A stretch of 23,906 nucleotides of DNA from an uncultured delta proteobacterium (GCA_963828255.1 CAWHDZ010000002.1:1-23906), one strand, 5' to 3'. Counted from the stretch's first letter, positions 10,189-18,654 are shown. Numbers and translations: made by a program. Notes: a model not told the origin generated them from the letters alone.

Positions 10189-11139
10189 GTGATCAAGCCG
10201 CCAGCCTTGAAGAGGGGAGACGTGGTCCGGATCGTGGCCCCGTCCGGCCCCTTCGACCCGGAAGCCTTCGAGAAGGGGCTCGGGGTGATGCGGGACCGGC
10301 TCGGGCTGGTACCGCGGATGCGGGATGACATCGTGGCCCGGGACGGCTACCTGGCCGGGGACGACGCCCGGAGGCTGGCCGAGTGGCACGAGGCGGCCAG
10401 CGACCCGGAGGCCCGGGCGGTCTGGTGCGCCCGGGGGGGATACGGGGCCATGCGGCTCCTGCCGCGCCTCGAGGCGGCGCGCATCTTCCACCCGCCCAAG
10501 ATCTTCGTCGGCTTCAGCGACATCACCGCGCTGCACGTCCTCCTGAACCGCAACGGCCTGGTCACCGTGCACGGGCCGGTGGTGACCCAGCTGGGGAGGC
10601 TCGGGCCGGAGGCCATCGACCACCTGGAGGGGCTGCTCTTCGGGGGTGCGCCGCCGCTCGCCGACCGGCGCGCGCCGGTGCCGCCGCCCGGGCGGGGGGT
10701 GCTGGCCCGCACCACGCTGCGGCCGGGGATGGCCTCCGGGCAGCTCCTCGGCGGGTCGCTCACCGTGCTCTCCCACCTCTGCGGGACCCGCTGGCAGCCC
10801 CGCTTCGCCGGCGCGGTGCTCTTCCTGGAGGACGTGGGGGAGCGCCCCTACCGCATCGACCGGATGCTCACCCAGCTGCGCCTCTCCGGCGCGCTCGACC
10901 GGGTGGCAGGCATCGCCATCGGGCAGTTCACCCAGTGTGACGACCCCGAGCTGGAGGGCGTCGAGGTGGTGCGGAGGGTGGCGTGGGATCTCGGCGTGCC
11001 CACCGTCGAGGGGGTGCCGGCCGGGCACGAGGACGACAACTTCGCCATGCCGCTCGGGTCGATGGTGACGGTGGTGGCGCCGGCCCAGCCCGAGGAGGGG
11101 CCTCCCCGGCTCACCTTCGAGCAGGGCGCGACGACATGA
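10189..11139 (+). CDS. ldcA: LD-carboxypeptidase, peptidase S66 (316 aa)
   Basis: KPPALKRGD, YLAGDDARR, ARGGYGAMRLL; triad motifs GFSDIT (Ser), FLEDVGE (Glu), AGH (His); GTG start. Confidence 0.92.
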   Translation: MIKPPALKRGDVVRIVAPSGPFDPEAFEKGLGVMRDRLGLVPRMRDDIVARDGYLAGDDARRLAEWHEAASDPEARAVWCARGGYGAMRLLPRLEAARIFHPPKIFVGFSDITALHVLLNRNGLVTVHGPVVTQLGRLGPEAIDHLEGLLFGGAPPLADRRAPVPPPGRGVLARTTLRPGMASGQLLGGSLTVLSHLCGTRWQPRFAGAVLFLEDVGERPYRIDRMLTQLRLSGALDRVAGIAIGQFTQCDDPELEGVEVVRRVAWDLGVPTVEGVPAGHEDDNFAMPLGSMVTVVAPAQPEEGPPRLTFEQGATT

Positions 11140-12314
11140 GCTTCCCGTTCGCGGTCCCGCCGGGAGTGGCCCCGGCGTGGGACGCGGTCGTGCTGCGGGG
11201 CGGCGTGGTGGTTCACGCCTCGTCCGGGGGAACGGCGACGCCGGGCGAGACGCCGGCGCCTGGTGCGCCACCATTGCTCTTCGACGTGTCGTCCCTCACC
11301 AAGGTGATGGCGACCGGGACCCTCACCGCACTCCTCGTGAAGGAGGGGCGGATCCGGCTCGACGCCCCGGTGGTGGAGTGGCTCCCGCGCTTCCGGGGCG
11401 GGGGCAAGGAGCGGGTGACGGTCCGGCAGCTCCTGGCCCACTCGAGCGGGCTCCCCTGGTGGCGCCCCTGGTTCGAGCGGGCCATGGCCGACCCGGTGGC
11501 GGGCCAGGCGTTCCTCCCGCCGGCGGAGCGTCCCGGCGACCTCGCGTCGGCCTTCGGGCGGGGGAGGCAGGTCGTGGCCGAGGCGCTCTGGGAGGAGCCG
11601 CTGGAGGTGGATCCCGGGACGCGGGCCCTGTACGGCGACCTGGCCTTCCAGGCGCTGGGACTGCTCGTGGAAGCAGCGGCGGGGGCGCCGCTCGACCGGC
11701 TCTTCGCGGAGCGGGTGGCGGCGCCGATGGGGCTCGCCGACACCTTCTTCGTCGGGGAGGGGCGGCTCGCGGCCGGGCAGGGGCCCTGTACCGGACGGCG
11801 GTACGCGCCGACCGAGAGGTGCCCGCACCGGGGCGAGGTGAACCAGGGCACGGTGAACGACGACAACGCCTGGGCCGTGGGGGGCGTGGCTGGCCACGCC
11901 GGGCTCTTCTCGACGGCGGGGAACGTGGCCCGGCTCGGGCAGGAGTGGCTCCTGGCGCTGGAGGGTCGCGGGCGGATCCTCGACGCCAAGGTCGCGCGGG
12001 AGTTCGCGCGGCGCGACCCCACGCCGGGGAGCGAGCGGGCGCTGGCCTGGGACACGCCGAGCGCGCCGGGGTCGGCGCCGGGGTCGGCGCCGGGGTCGGC
12101 GGTGACGTCCTCGATCGGGTCGGTGCTGGGACGGGGACCGCTTGGCGCGATCGGCCACCTGGGCTACACGGGGTGCTCCCTGTGGATCGACCGGGACCGG
12201 CAGATGGTCTGCGCGCTGCTCACGAACCACGTCTTCCCGGGGGGCCGGCGGCCGGCCGAGATCCTGGCCGTGCGGCAGGCCTTCCACGACGCGGCGGCGA
12301 GGGCGGTGGGGTGA
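11136..12314 (+). CDS. Serine hydrolase, beta-lactamase/AmpC-like fold (392 aa)
   Basis: SxxK (SSLTK), LLAHSSGLP, YGDL, GHAGLFSTA, GHLGYTGCSLWID; ATGA overlap with ldcA. Confidence 0.88.
   Translation: MSFPFAVPPGVAPAWDAVVLRGGVVVHASSGGTATPGETPAPGAPPLLFDVSSLTKVMATGTLTALLVKEGRIRLDAPVVEWLPRFRGGGKERVTVRQLLAHSSGLPWWRPWFERAMADPVAGQAFLPPAERPGDLASAFGRGRQVVAEALWEEPLEVDPGTRALYGDLAFQALGLLVEAAAGAPLDRLFAERVAAPMGLADTFFVGEGRLAAGQGPCTGRRYAPTERCPHRGEVNQGTVNDDNAWAVGGVAGHAGLFSTAGNVARLGQEWLLALEGRGRILDAKVAREFARRDPTPGSERALAWDTPSAPGSAPGSAPGSAVTSSIGSVLGRGPLGAIGHLGYTGCSLWIDRDRQMVCALLTNHVFPGGRRPAEILAVRQAFHDAAARAVG
12063..12101 (+). repeat. 12-bp in-frame tandem repeat (GCGCCGGGGTCG)x3, encoding APGS x3
   Basis: Exact copies at 12063, 12075 and 12087. 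Confidence 0.9.
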
Positions 12315-12319
12315 GCGGG

Positions 12320-13756
12320 ATGGCGGACGCGGGCACGGTGGTGGACTGGAAGAAGGTCCGGCGGGTGCACCTCATCGGGGTGGCCGGGACGGGGATGGGC
12401 TCCTTCGCCGGGATGCTCAAGGCGGCGGGCTACGAGGTGACCGGGTCGGACGAGAACGTCTATCCGCCCATGTCCACGCAGCTCGAGCGCTGGGGCATCG
12501 AGGCCATGCAGGGCTACCGGCCGGAGAACCTCGACCGGGCCCGGCCCGACGTGGTCGTCGTCGGCAACGTCGTGCGCGCCGTGAACCCCGAGGCCGCGGC
12601 CATGCGGGAGCGCAGGCTGCCCCACGTGTCGTTCCCGCAGGCCCTGGGGGAGCTCTTCATCGGCCCGCGCCACGGCGTCGTGGTGGTGGGGACCCACGGC
12701 AAGACCACCACCAGCGCCATGATGGGGTTCCTGCTGCACCACGCCGGGCGCGATCCGTCCTTCCTGGTGGGCGGGGTCACCCGCGACTTCGACTCCAACT
12801 TCCGGCTGGGCGAGGGGGAGGCCTTCGTCGTCGAGGGGGACGAGTACGACACCGCCTACTTCGACAAGGGGCCCAAGTTCCTGCACTACCGGCCCCGCAC
12901 CGCCATCTTCACCTCGTGTGAACTGGATCACGCCGACATCTACCGGGACGAGGCCCACTACGAGAGCGCCTTCGCGCGCTTCGTGGAGATCCTGCCGGCG
13001 GACGGGTTCCTGGCAGCCTGCTCGACGTGGGAGAGCGTGGTGGCCCTCGCGCGTGGCGCCCGCTGCCCGGTCGAGACCTACTCGGTGGAGCGGCCGGCCG
13101 ACTGGGAGGCGCGCGGGCTCACGCTCTCCGCCGACGGGGCGCGCTTCCGGCTGGTGCGGGGCGGACGGGAGCTCGGGCCGGTGCGGCTCGCCGTGGGCGG
13201 GGCGCACAACGTGGAGAACGCGCTCGGGGTGGCCGCGGCGGCGACGCGGCTCGGGCTCACGTTCCAGGAGATCGCGGCGGGGCTGGAGGCCTTCCGGGGA
13301 GTGAAGCGGCGCCAGGAGGTGCGCGGCGTCGCGGGCGGGGTCACGGTGATCGACGACTTCGCCCACCATCCCACCGCGGTGGACCGGACGCTCGCCGCCA
13401 TCCAGGGCTCGTACCCCGGGGCGCGCCTGCTCGTCGCCTTCGAGCCCCGATCCAACACGTCGCGCCGCAACCTGCACCAGGAGGAGTACGCGCGGAGCTT
13501 CGGCGCCGCGGCCGAGGTGTGGCTGCTGCGGCCTGCCGCGACCGACCGGGTGCCGGAGGCGGAGCGGCTCGACGTGGAGCGGCTCGCGGCCGAGGTCACT
13601 GCCCGCGGCGTGCCGGCCGCGGTGCGGGGAACCGTGGAGGAGATCGTTGCCGACGTCGCCGCGCGGGCGAAGGCCGGGGACGTGGTGGTGGGGATGTCGA
13701 ACGGGGCCTTCGGCGGGGTGTGGACGAAGGTGCTGGAGGCGATCCGGGCGCGGTGA
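12320..13756 (+). CDS. mpl: Murein peptide ligase (UDP-MurNAc:tripeptide ligase); alternative start GTG 12311
   Basis: HLIGVAGTGMG, GSDENVYPPMSTQL, GTHGKTTT, EGDEYDTAYFDKGPKFLHY, DHADIY, DDFAHHPTAV, FEPRSNT, MSNGAFGG. Confidence 0.93.
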   Translation: MADAGTVVDWKKVRRVHLIGVAGTGMGSFAGMLKAAGYEVTGSDENVYPPMSTQLERWGIEAMQGYRPENLDRARPDVVVVGNVVRAVNPEAAAMRERRLPHVSFPQALGELFIGPRHGVVVVGTHGKTTTSAMMGFLLHHAGRDPSFLVGGVTRDFDSNFRLGEGEAFVVEGDEYDTAYFDKGPKFLHYRPRTAIFTSCELDHADIYRDEAHYESAFARFVEILPADGFLAACSTWESVVALARGARCPVETYSVERPADWEARGLTLSADGARFRLVRGGRELGPVRLAVGGAHNVENALGVAAAATRLGLTFQEIAAGLEAFRGVKRRQEVRGVAGGVTVIDDFAHHPTAVDRTLAAIQGSYPGARLLVAFEPRSNTSRRNLHQEEYARSFGAAAEVWLLRPAATDRVPEAERLDVERLAAEVTARGVPAAVRGTVEEIVADVAARAKAGDVVVGMSNGAFGGVWTKVLEAIRAR

Positions 13757-13990
13757 CCGCGGCGTCTTCGCGGTTGACGCCCCTCCGTGGTGCCGGCGCC
13801 CGGGTGGTGGCGCGCGTCTCCGCGCCGCTTGTCCTCGCGCCGCTGGGTACGCGTGGTCGCGGCGACAGGGTGACGCATCCGCCCCGAAGCCGCTCCATCT
13901 CGGGGTCTTCGATTGCGGCGCTGCGGAGGCGGCGCCCGACGCGGCACCCCGGGCGCCTGGCGGAGGGGCGTCACCGCGAGGCCCGCGGTC
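13755..13990. repeat. Long interrupted inverted repeat (predicted ~235-nt hairpin)
   Basis: GACCGCGG/CCGCGGTC at the ends; perfect 13-bp pair TGACGCCCCTCCG (13775-13787)/CGGAGGGGCGTCA (13961-13973); inner GGCGCCCGGG/CCCGGGCGCC. Confidence 0.75.
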
Positions 13991-14110
13991 CGCGTCCGGC
14001 GTCGCTGGTGGGGGCGTTCGCAGTTCGCGTTCACCACCCGCAAACCGCCACCCGCGAGACGCCGATCGCGAGACGCCACCCGCAGCTCCCCACGAGGCGC
14101 GCTGTTCGCG

Positions 14111-14271
14111 TCGCCTTCGGCCTGGGCTTCCTCAGCCGGCGCGGGCGTCCCTCATAGCGCAGCCTCCGCAGCGGGCCAGCGTTCCCCGGGCGCGCCCTCT
14201 CCGCGAGGACCGCGGAGCGGAGAGGGGCGTCCCAGCGCCCGGCGGCATCCGGCCTCCCGGAACGAAGGCGA
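14111..14271. repeat. Second nested inverted-repeat structure
   Basis: TCGCCTTCG/CGAAGGCGA, CCGGGCGC/GCGCCCGG and CCCTCTCCGC/GCGGAGAGGG pairs, nested. Confidence 0.6.
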
Positions 14272-14279
14272 TCCGCCGC

Positions 14280-15299
14280 TCAGAGCGTGTGGCAGACCTT
14301 GCACATGGCGTTCCCGCCGATCTGCGCCTGCGTGCCCTTCCATCCCGGCGGGTGCGGATTCACGCGACCCGAGGTGTGGCACGCCACGCAGAGCGAATTC
14401 GCGCCCTGGTTGTGGCAGCCCGCGCAGGACAGGATGTTCTGGCGCGCCGCCTGGCCGTGGACCGAGATCCAGCCGGAGGGGTGCGGGTCGCGGATCGAGG
14501 AGCCGCCCGGGGCGATCCCCTGGAAGGCGTGGCAACTCTGGCAGTAGCCCGTGCCGTGGCACTTGGTGCAACTGTTCGGCTCGGCCCGCTGCTCGATGGC
14601 GTGACGGGCGATCCAGTCGCCGCGGTGGATGAAGTCGGACGTGACCTTCTCGGGGAACTGGATCGAGGGCGGCATCGGACGCGTCGTCGCGGTGTGGCAC
14701 TGGGCGCACATGGTCTGATCGTGGCAGGAGGAGCAGGAGGCCACGGACGCCAGCGCCCACTTGCCGTGCGAGGCCAGGAAGTTGGCCTCGTGCGAGTAGT
14801 CCTTCACCGGCTTGGCGTACTTCTTGAGATCCGTGTGGCAGGGGGTGCAGCGCCCCACCGCGTAGTCCTGGGCGTGGTTGTGGCACGCGGTGCACGTCGA
14901 CATGGTCGGCACCACCACCTCGAACGAGCCCGGCTCGGCGATCTTGGAGTGGCAGCCCTGGCACTCGTCCTTCACGCCCTTCTGGCGGGGGAGGTGGGCG
15001 GCATGGTCGAAGCGGACCGCCGCGGAGAAGCGCTGCACCGGCTTGTAGTCGGGGACGGGGTCGTGGCACGCGGCGCAGACCTCCGACTTGGTCGGGATCT
15101 GGACGTGGATGACGCCTTCCTTGAGGGCCGTGGCCTTCAGGATCGGCGCGTGGCAGTCCACGCAGGCCACCCCGGACTCGATGTGGATCCCGTGCGGGAA
15201 CTTGTAGGGCTGCGGCGCCGCGGTCTCGGCCTTCACGGCTGGCTTCTGGCAGCCGAAGGCGACGAGGACGAGGGGCAGGAGCAGGAGCCGGGGGTTCAT
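14280..15299 (-). CDS. Dodecaheme c-type cytochrome lipoprotein (339 aa)
   Basis: 12 CxxCH motifs counted; lipoprotein signal MNPRLLLLPLVLVAFG-C; 13 further His residues; ATGA overlap with the upstream gene. Confidence 0.92.
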   Translation of the reverse strand: MNPRLLLLPLVLVAFGCQKPAVKAETAAPQPYKFPHGIHIESGVACVDCHAPILKATALKEGVIHVQIPTKSEVCAACHDPVPDYKPVQRFSAAVRFDHAAHLPRQKGVKDECQGCHSKIAEPGSFEVVVPTMSTCTACHNHAQDYAVGRCTPCHTDLKKYAKPVKDYSHEANFLASHGKWALASVASCSSCHDQTMCAQCHTATTRPMPPSIQFPEKVTSDFIHRGDWIARHAIEQRAEPNSCTKCHGTGYCQSCHAFQGIAPGGSSIRDPHPSGWISVHGQAARQNILSCAGCHNQGANSLCVACHTSGRVNPHPPGWKGTQAQIGGNAMCKVCHTL

Positions 15300-16687
15300 T
15301 CGTACACCTCGCGGAACCGGTACGACGCGTTGTAGGTGAGCTTGACGAGCCCGTTCACGTAGCTCGTGTAGTAGGGCGTGGAGCCGCCCTGCATGGCGCC
15401 GACGACCGCGAAGCCGCCGCCGACGTCGTAGCCGAGCGTGGCCGATCCGATGATCGACTGCGACACGGCGTTCACCGCCTGGTCGAACCAGTAGCCCTGG
15501 AAGTCCAGCGTGCCGGTGAAGCCGTAGGCCTTCATCGAGCCGAAGGCGCGCGCCTGCCAGTAGCCGGACCCCGGCAGGATCTGGGTGCTCGTCCCGCCGC
15601 TGGTCACCGTGTAGGCCGGCTGGAAGAGGCGCGATCCCTCCGCGCCCACGGCCGAGGTCTTGCTGGGCCGCCAGGTGGCGCGGAGGATCACGCGGTCCCC
15701 GGAGGTGTCCGAGCTTCCCGCCGCGGTCCAGGAGGCGAAGATGCGCCGGTAGGCGGCCTCGATGTCGATGGGGGCCTTCACCTTGAACTGCTCCAGGCCG
15801 ACCTTCGCGCTGACGCCGGCGTACTGGGAGGTGTTGTCGGCGAAGACCCAGAGAATGGAGTTGTAGGGGAGGGAGAGCGACGGCACCGAGTAGGTGTATT
15901 CGCCGGTGAACTGGAGGTGCGGGGTGACGGGGAAGATCAGGCTCACGTTGGAGTCGGCGATCTGCGTCCCGGTGAAGTAGTTGCTCGCGAAGAGGCTCCA
16001 GTCCACGTATCCGAGCAGGTACATCCAGGACACCGGCGAGAAGCGGAGGTCGAGGGCGATGTTCTCGCGGGTGGAGGCCCCGCTGTCCCAGGCGAACGCG
16101 GCCGAGATGCCGGTGTTGATCCAGGTGGTCCAGGCGAAGCCGACCCGGCCGCCCACGGCCAGGTTGCCGATGGTGGGGTTGGCCGAGAAGACGCTTCCGT
16201 AGGCGGTGAAGCGCTGGGTGGTGGGGAGGCCGACGTAGGCGTCCACGGTGACCATCTTGTGGATGGCCACGTGGAAGGACCCGCCGTCGAGCTGGAGCAT
16301 CCGCGCGTTGCCGTAGCCCACGGTCTGCCGGCCCAGCGTGACCTGGAGCTGGTTCTGGAGGAAGCGCCCCTGGACCCAGGCCTGGTTCAGGTCGGCGCTC
16401 ATCGCGCCGCTGTTGGTGTAGCCGTTCCACCAGGGGTTGTCGCCGAGGTTGGCGGCGCCCCAGCCGTCCACCTGGAAGTAGAGCTGCCCTCCCGGGATGG
16501 CGACCTCGCGTCCGGTGAGGGTCAGGAGCTCGTAGAGCGGGACGACGTTGGTGGTCTCCCCGTTGCGCCACTGCGATTGAACGTTGAGCTGCGTGTTGGA
16601 GTAGACCTCCAACTCGCTCGCGTGGCCGGCCGTGGGGGCGAGGAGCGTCGCCGCGGCGAGTGCTGCGATGCCGAGCCTGATTCTCAT
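15296..16687 (-). CDS. Putative outer-membrane beta-barrel (porin) protein (463 aa)
   Basis: Signal peptide ...TAGHA-SE; many amphipathic strands rich in Y/W/F/G/S/T; LGRQ motif; C-terminal YNASYRF resembles a beta-signal; no heme motifs. Confidence 0.75.
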   Translation of the reverse strand: MRIRLGIAALAAATLLAPTAGHASELEVYSNTQLNVQSQWRNGETTNVVPLYELLTLTGREVAIPGGQLYFQVDGWGAANLGDNPWWNGYTNSGAMSADLNQAWVQGRFLQNQLQVTLGRQTVGYGNARMLQLDGGSFHVAIHKMVTVDAYVGLPTTQRFTAYGSVFSANPTIGNLAVGGRVGFAWTTWINTGISAAFAWDSGASTRENIALDLRFSPVSWMYLLGYVDWSLFASNYFTGTQIADSNVSLIFPVTPHLQFTGEYTYSVPSLSLPYNSILWVFADNTSQYAGVSAKVGLEQFKVKAPIDIEAAYRRIFASWTAAGSSDTSGDRVILRATWRPSKTSAVGAEGSRLFQPAYTVTSGGTSTQILPGSGYWQARAFGSMKAYGFTGTLDFQGYWFDQAVNAVSQSIIGSATLGYDVGGGFAVVGAMQGGSTPYYTSYVNGLVKLTYNASYRFREVYE

Positions 16688-16844
16688 GAGGGCTTCCATC
16701 CCGGTTCGGGTCGTTTTCCACAGAGGCGCGTCCCGTCACCCGGACGGGGCGCGCTCGACCCGATCGCATACCGCAACCGGCGGGATTTTGACAGTCGTTG
16801 TCGCGTGGGCAAGTGACAGGATCGCCTCCGCCGGCCGGGAGACC

Positions 16845-18638
16845 TCACCTGGAGGGGGCGTCGGGTCCGGAGGCAGCCGGGGTCGGCGGCAGCCCGAGGG
16901 AGAAGCGCGCCCGCTCCCGCTCGAGCGCCACCTCGCCCCGCTCCTCGGGGTGCTCGCGGAGCCAGAGGACCATCTCGTCGGGCTCCCAGGCGTAGGGCTT
17001 TCCGTCGAGGAAGACCAGGCCGTCGTCCACGGCGCGGGTGGCCTCGAGGAGGGGCATCTCGCCGAGGTCCCGGATGAGCGCCTCGAAGCGCCCCTGCCGC
17101 TCCGCGTCCACGAAGGAGAAGTGGTGCCGTCCGGCGAAGGCGGTGTGGTAGTGCGCCGGCCGGTAGACCACGCCGCTGAGCTGCAGGCGGAGCGCCATGA
17201 GCGCGAGCAGCTCGCCGGTCTCGCGGGCCAGCCCCAGCCCAGGGACCTCCTGTCCCGGCAGCCGCGGGCGCAGCAGGCTGAACTGGGCGCGGGGGTGGCG
17301 CAGCGAGAGCCAGTGGACGTAGAGCACCGGGTGCCCGACCACGCGCTTGCGCTCGAGCACCAGCTCCATGAGCACCTGCTCCTGGCCGTCGGACTCCCCG
17401 TGAACGCGGATCAGCTCGCCGGGGAACTGGCTGCCGACCTCGACCCGGAAGGAGTCGTAGCCGAGGCGCCGGAGCTGGTCGAGGATGCCGAAACGCTGCA
17501 GCGCGAACTCGATCCCGGCCTCGGTGTAGAAGCCGAGCAGCAGCCGCTGGCGGGTGGGGCGCATTCCCAGCGACTCGGCAAGGTCGTCGGCGGTGAGCTC
17601 CCCGCTGGCCCCTGCGGAGTCGGAGAGGGCTTGCTTCGACAGCTGGGCCGCGATCCCCGCGAACCGCTTCCCGATGGGGTCGTAGTCCTCCGGGATCGGA
17701 TCGAGCGAGCCGGTGGAGAGTGCCAGACCCACGCCGGCCAGCGCCTTCCAGGCGTTCCGGCTGTACCCGCCGCCCGGCAGCCAGACAGACGGGACACCCT
17801 CCAGATGGGCGGCCACCGCGACGTTGCGCATGCGCTCTCCACCCAGGGTGAGGTCGAGCTTCCCCATGCGATCGCCACGCAGGACGTCGCCGCCGGCGAT
17901 GACGAAGACGAGGCCGGCGGGCGGCATCCGCCGGAGGAGCGCGCCCAGCTCCTCGAGGTAGCGGGCGTTTCCCGTGCCCTCGGGCAGAAGGACCTCGTCG
18001 ACGCCGGGGAGCGGGCCCCAGTCGGATCCGGAGATGGAGCCGATCCAGTGGTCCGGATCGGAGGCGAGGCAGGCCGCGACGCCGTCGGGCGGATGGGCGT
18101 CGAGGTCGAGGACCGCCACCCGTCCTGCGAAGCCGTCGGCACGGACCGAGGCGATGGCGACGGCGATGTCGTTCACCGGGCAGTTCCCGCCGGCCGACGA
18201 CGGGCCGGCGTGGTGGAAGCCGCCGAGCAGGTTGAGCTGGGGTTTGGCGCGCCGCAGCGCCTCGCCGGCGGCCTGGATGGTGGCGCCGGTGGCGAGACGG
18301 ACCGTGCGCATCACCTCGTCCACCGGGACGTCGGAGGGGTCCACGCCGAAGACCGCGGCCACGTTCTCCGGGCGCGACATCGACTCGAGGAGCGCCGCGT
18401 CGTGGACGCGGGCCAGCTCGGCGTAGGAGGCGCGCCGGGGAGAGCGCCACCAGGAACCCGCCACGGCCTTGCTCTCGGAGAGCCACCAGGCCGCGAAGTC
18501 GGCGCGGCGGGTGTCGAGCCCGGAGAACTCCAGGCCGGTGAAGGGCAGCCGGTAGGCCGGGTCGTACCAGACGTCCACCTCGCGCCGCTTGAGCAGGCAG
18601 CGGAGGCGGTAGAGGAGTGCCCGTGGGCCGACGCCCAT
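16845..18638 (-). CDS. Zn-dependent deacetylase (HDAC/AcuC family) fused to an unassigned C-terminal domain (597 aa)
   Basis: ELARVH, GGFHHAG, VNDIAVA, LDLDAHPPDG, AGGDVLRGD, GGGYS; about 240 extra C-terminal residues. Confidence 0.88.
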   Translation of the reverse strand: MGVGPRALLYRLRCLLKRREVDVWYDPAYRLPFTGLEFSGLDTRRADFAAWWLSESKAVAGSWWRSPRRASYAELARVHDAALLESMSRPENVAAVFGVDPSDVPVDEVMRTVRLATGATIQAAGEALRRAKPQLNLLGGFHHAGPSSAGGNCPVNDIAVAIASVRADGFAGRVAVLDLDAHPPDGVAACLASDPDHWIGSISGSDWGPLPGVDEVLLPEGTGNARYLEELGALLRRMPPAGLVFVIAGGDVLRGDRMGKLDLTLGGERMRNVAVAAHLEGVPSVWLPGGGYSRNAWKALAGVGLALSTGSLDPIPEDYDPIGKRFAGIAAQLSKQALSDSAGASGELTADDLAESLGMRPTRQRLLLGFYTEAGIEFALQRFGILDQLRRLGYDSFRVEVGSQFPGELIRVHGESDGQEQVLMELVLERKRVVGHPVLYVHWLSLRHPRAQFSLLRPRLPGQEVPGLGLARETGELLALMALRLQLSGVVYRPAHYHTAFAGRHHFSFVDAERQGRFEALIRDLGEMPLLEATRAVDDGLVFLDGKPYAWEPDEMVLWLREHPEERGEVALERERARFSLGLPPTPAASGPDAPSR

Positions 18639-18654
18639 GACGGGGGGTGACCGG

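Noticed and set aside
10063..11274. N-terminal extension of the 1035-aa acs ORF
   Set aside because: Antisense to ldcA; an SD and a normal Acs length support the start at 10062
11177..12310. N-terminal extension on mpl (859-aa ORF), and likewise on the dehydrogenase (4278 ORF) and FAH (3289 ORF)
   Set aside because: Off-frame or antisense readings of neighbouring real genes; low-complexity Gly/Arg/Ala composition
11136..12314. Class C beta-lactamase resistance gene
   Set aside because: No evident signal peptide, YGD rather than YxN, and a recycling-operon context
13757..14279. Protein-coding gene or CRISPR array in the spacer
   Set aside because: Overlapping ORFs are Arg/Pro/Ala-rich with no motifs; there are no regularly spaced identical repeats with unique spacers
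15300..16769. 829-aa ORF implying a long N-terminal extension or fusion on the cytochrome
   Set aside because: The upstream part is an Arg/Pro-rich off-frame reading of the porin gene; the cytochrome has its own lipoprotein signal at 15299
16706..16815. Cyclic-dinucleotide (GEMM) riboswitch upstream of the cytochrome operon
   Set aside because: The conserved GEMM-I sequence elements are not present by eye; kept only as an unassigned structured leader
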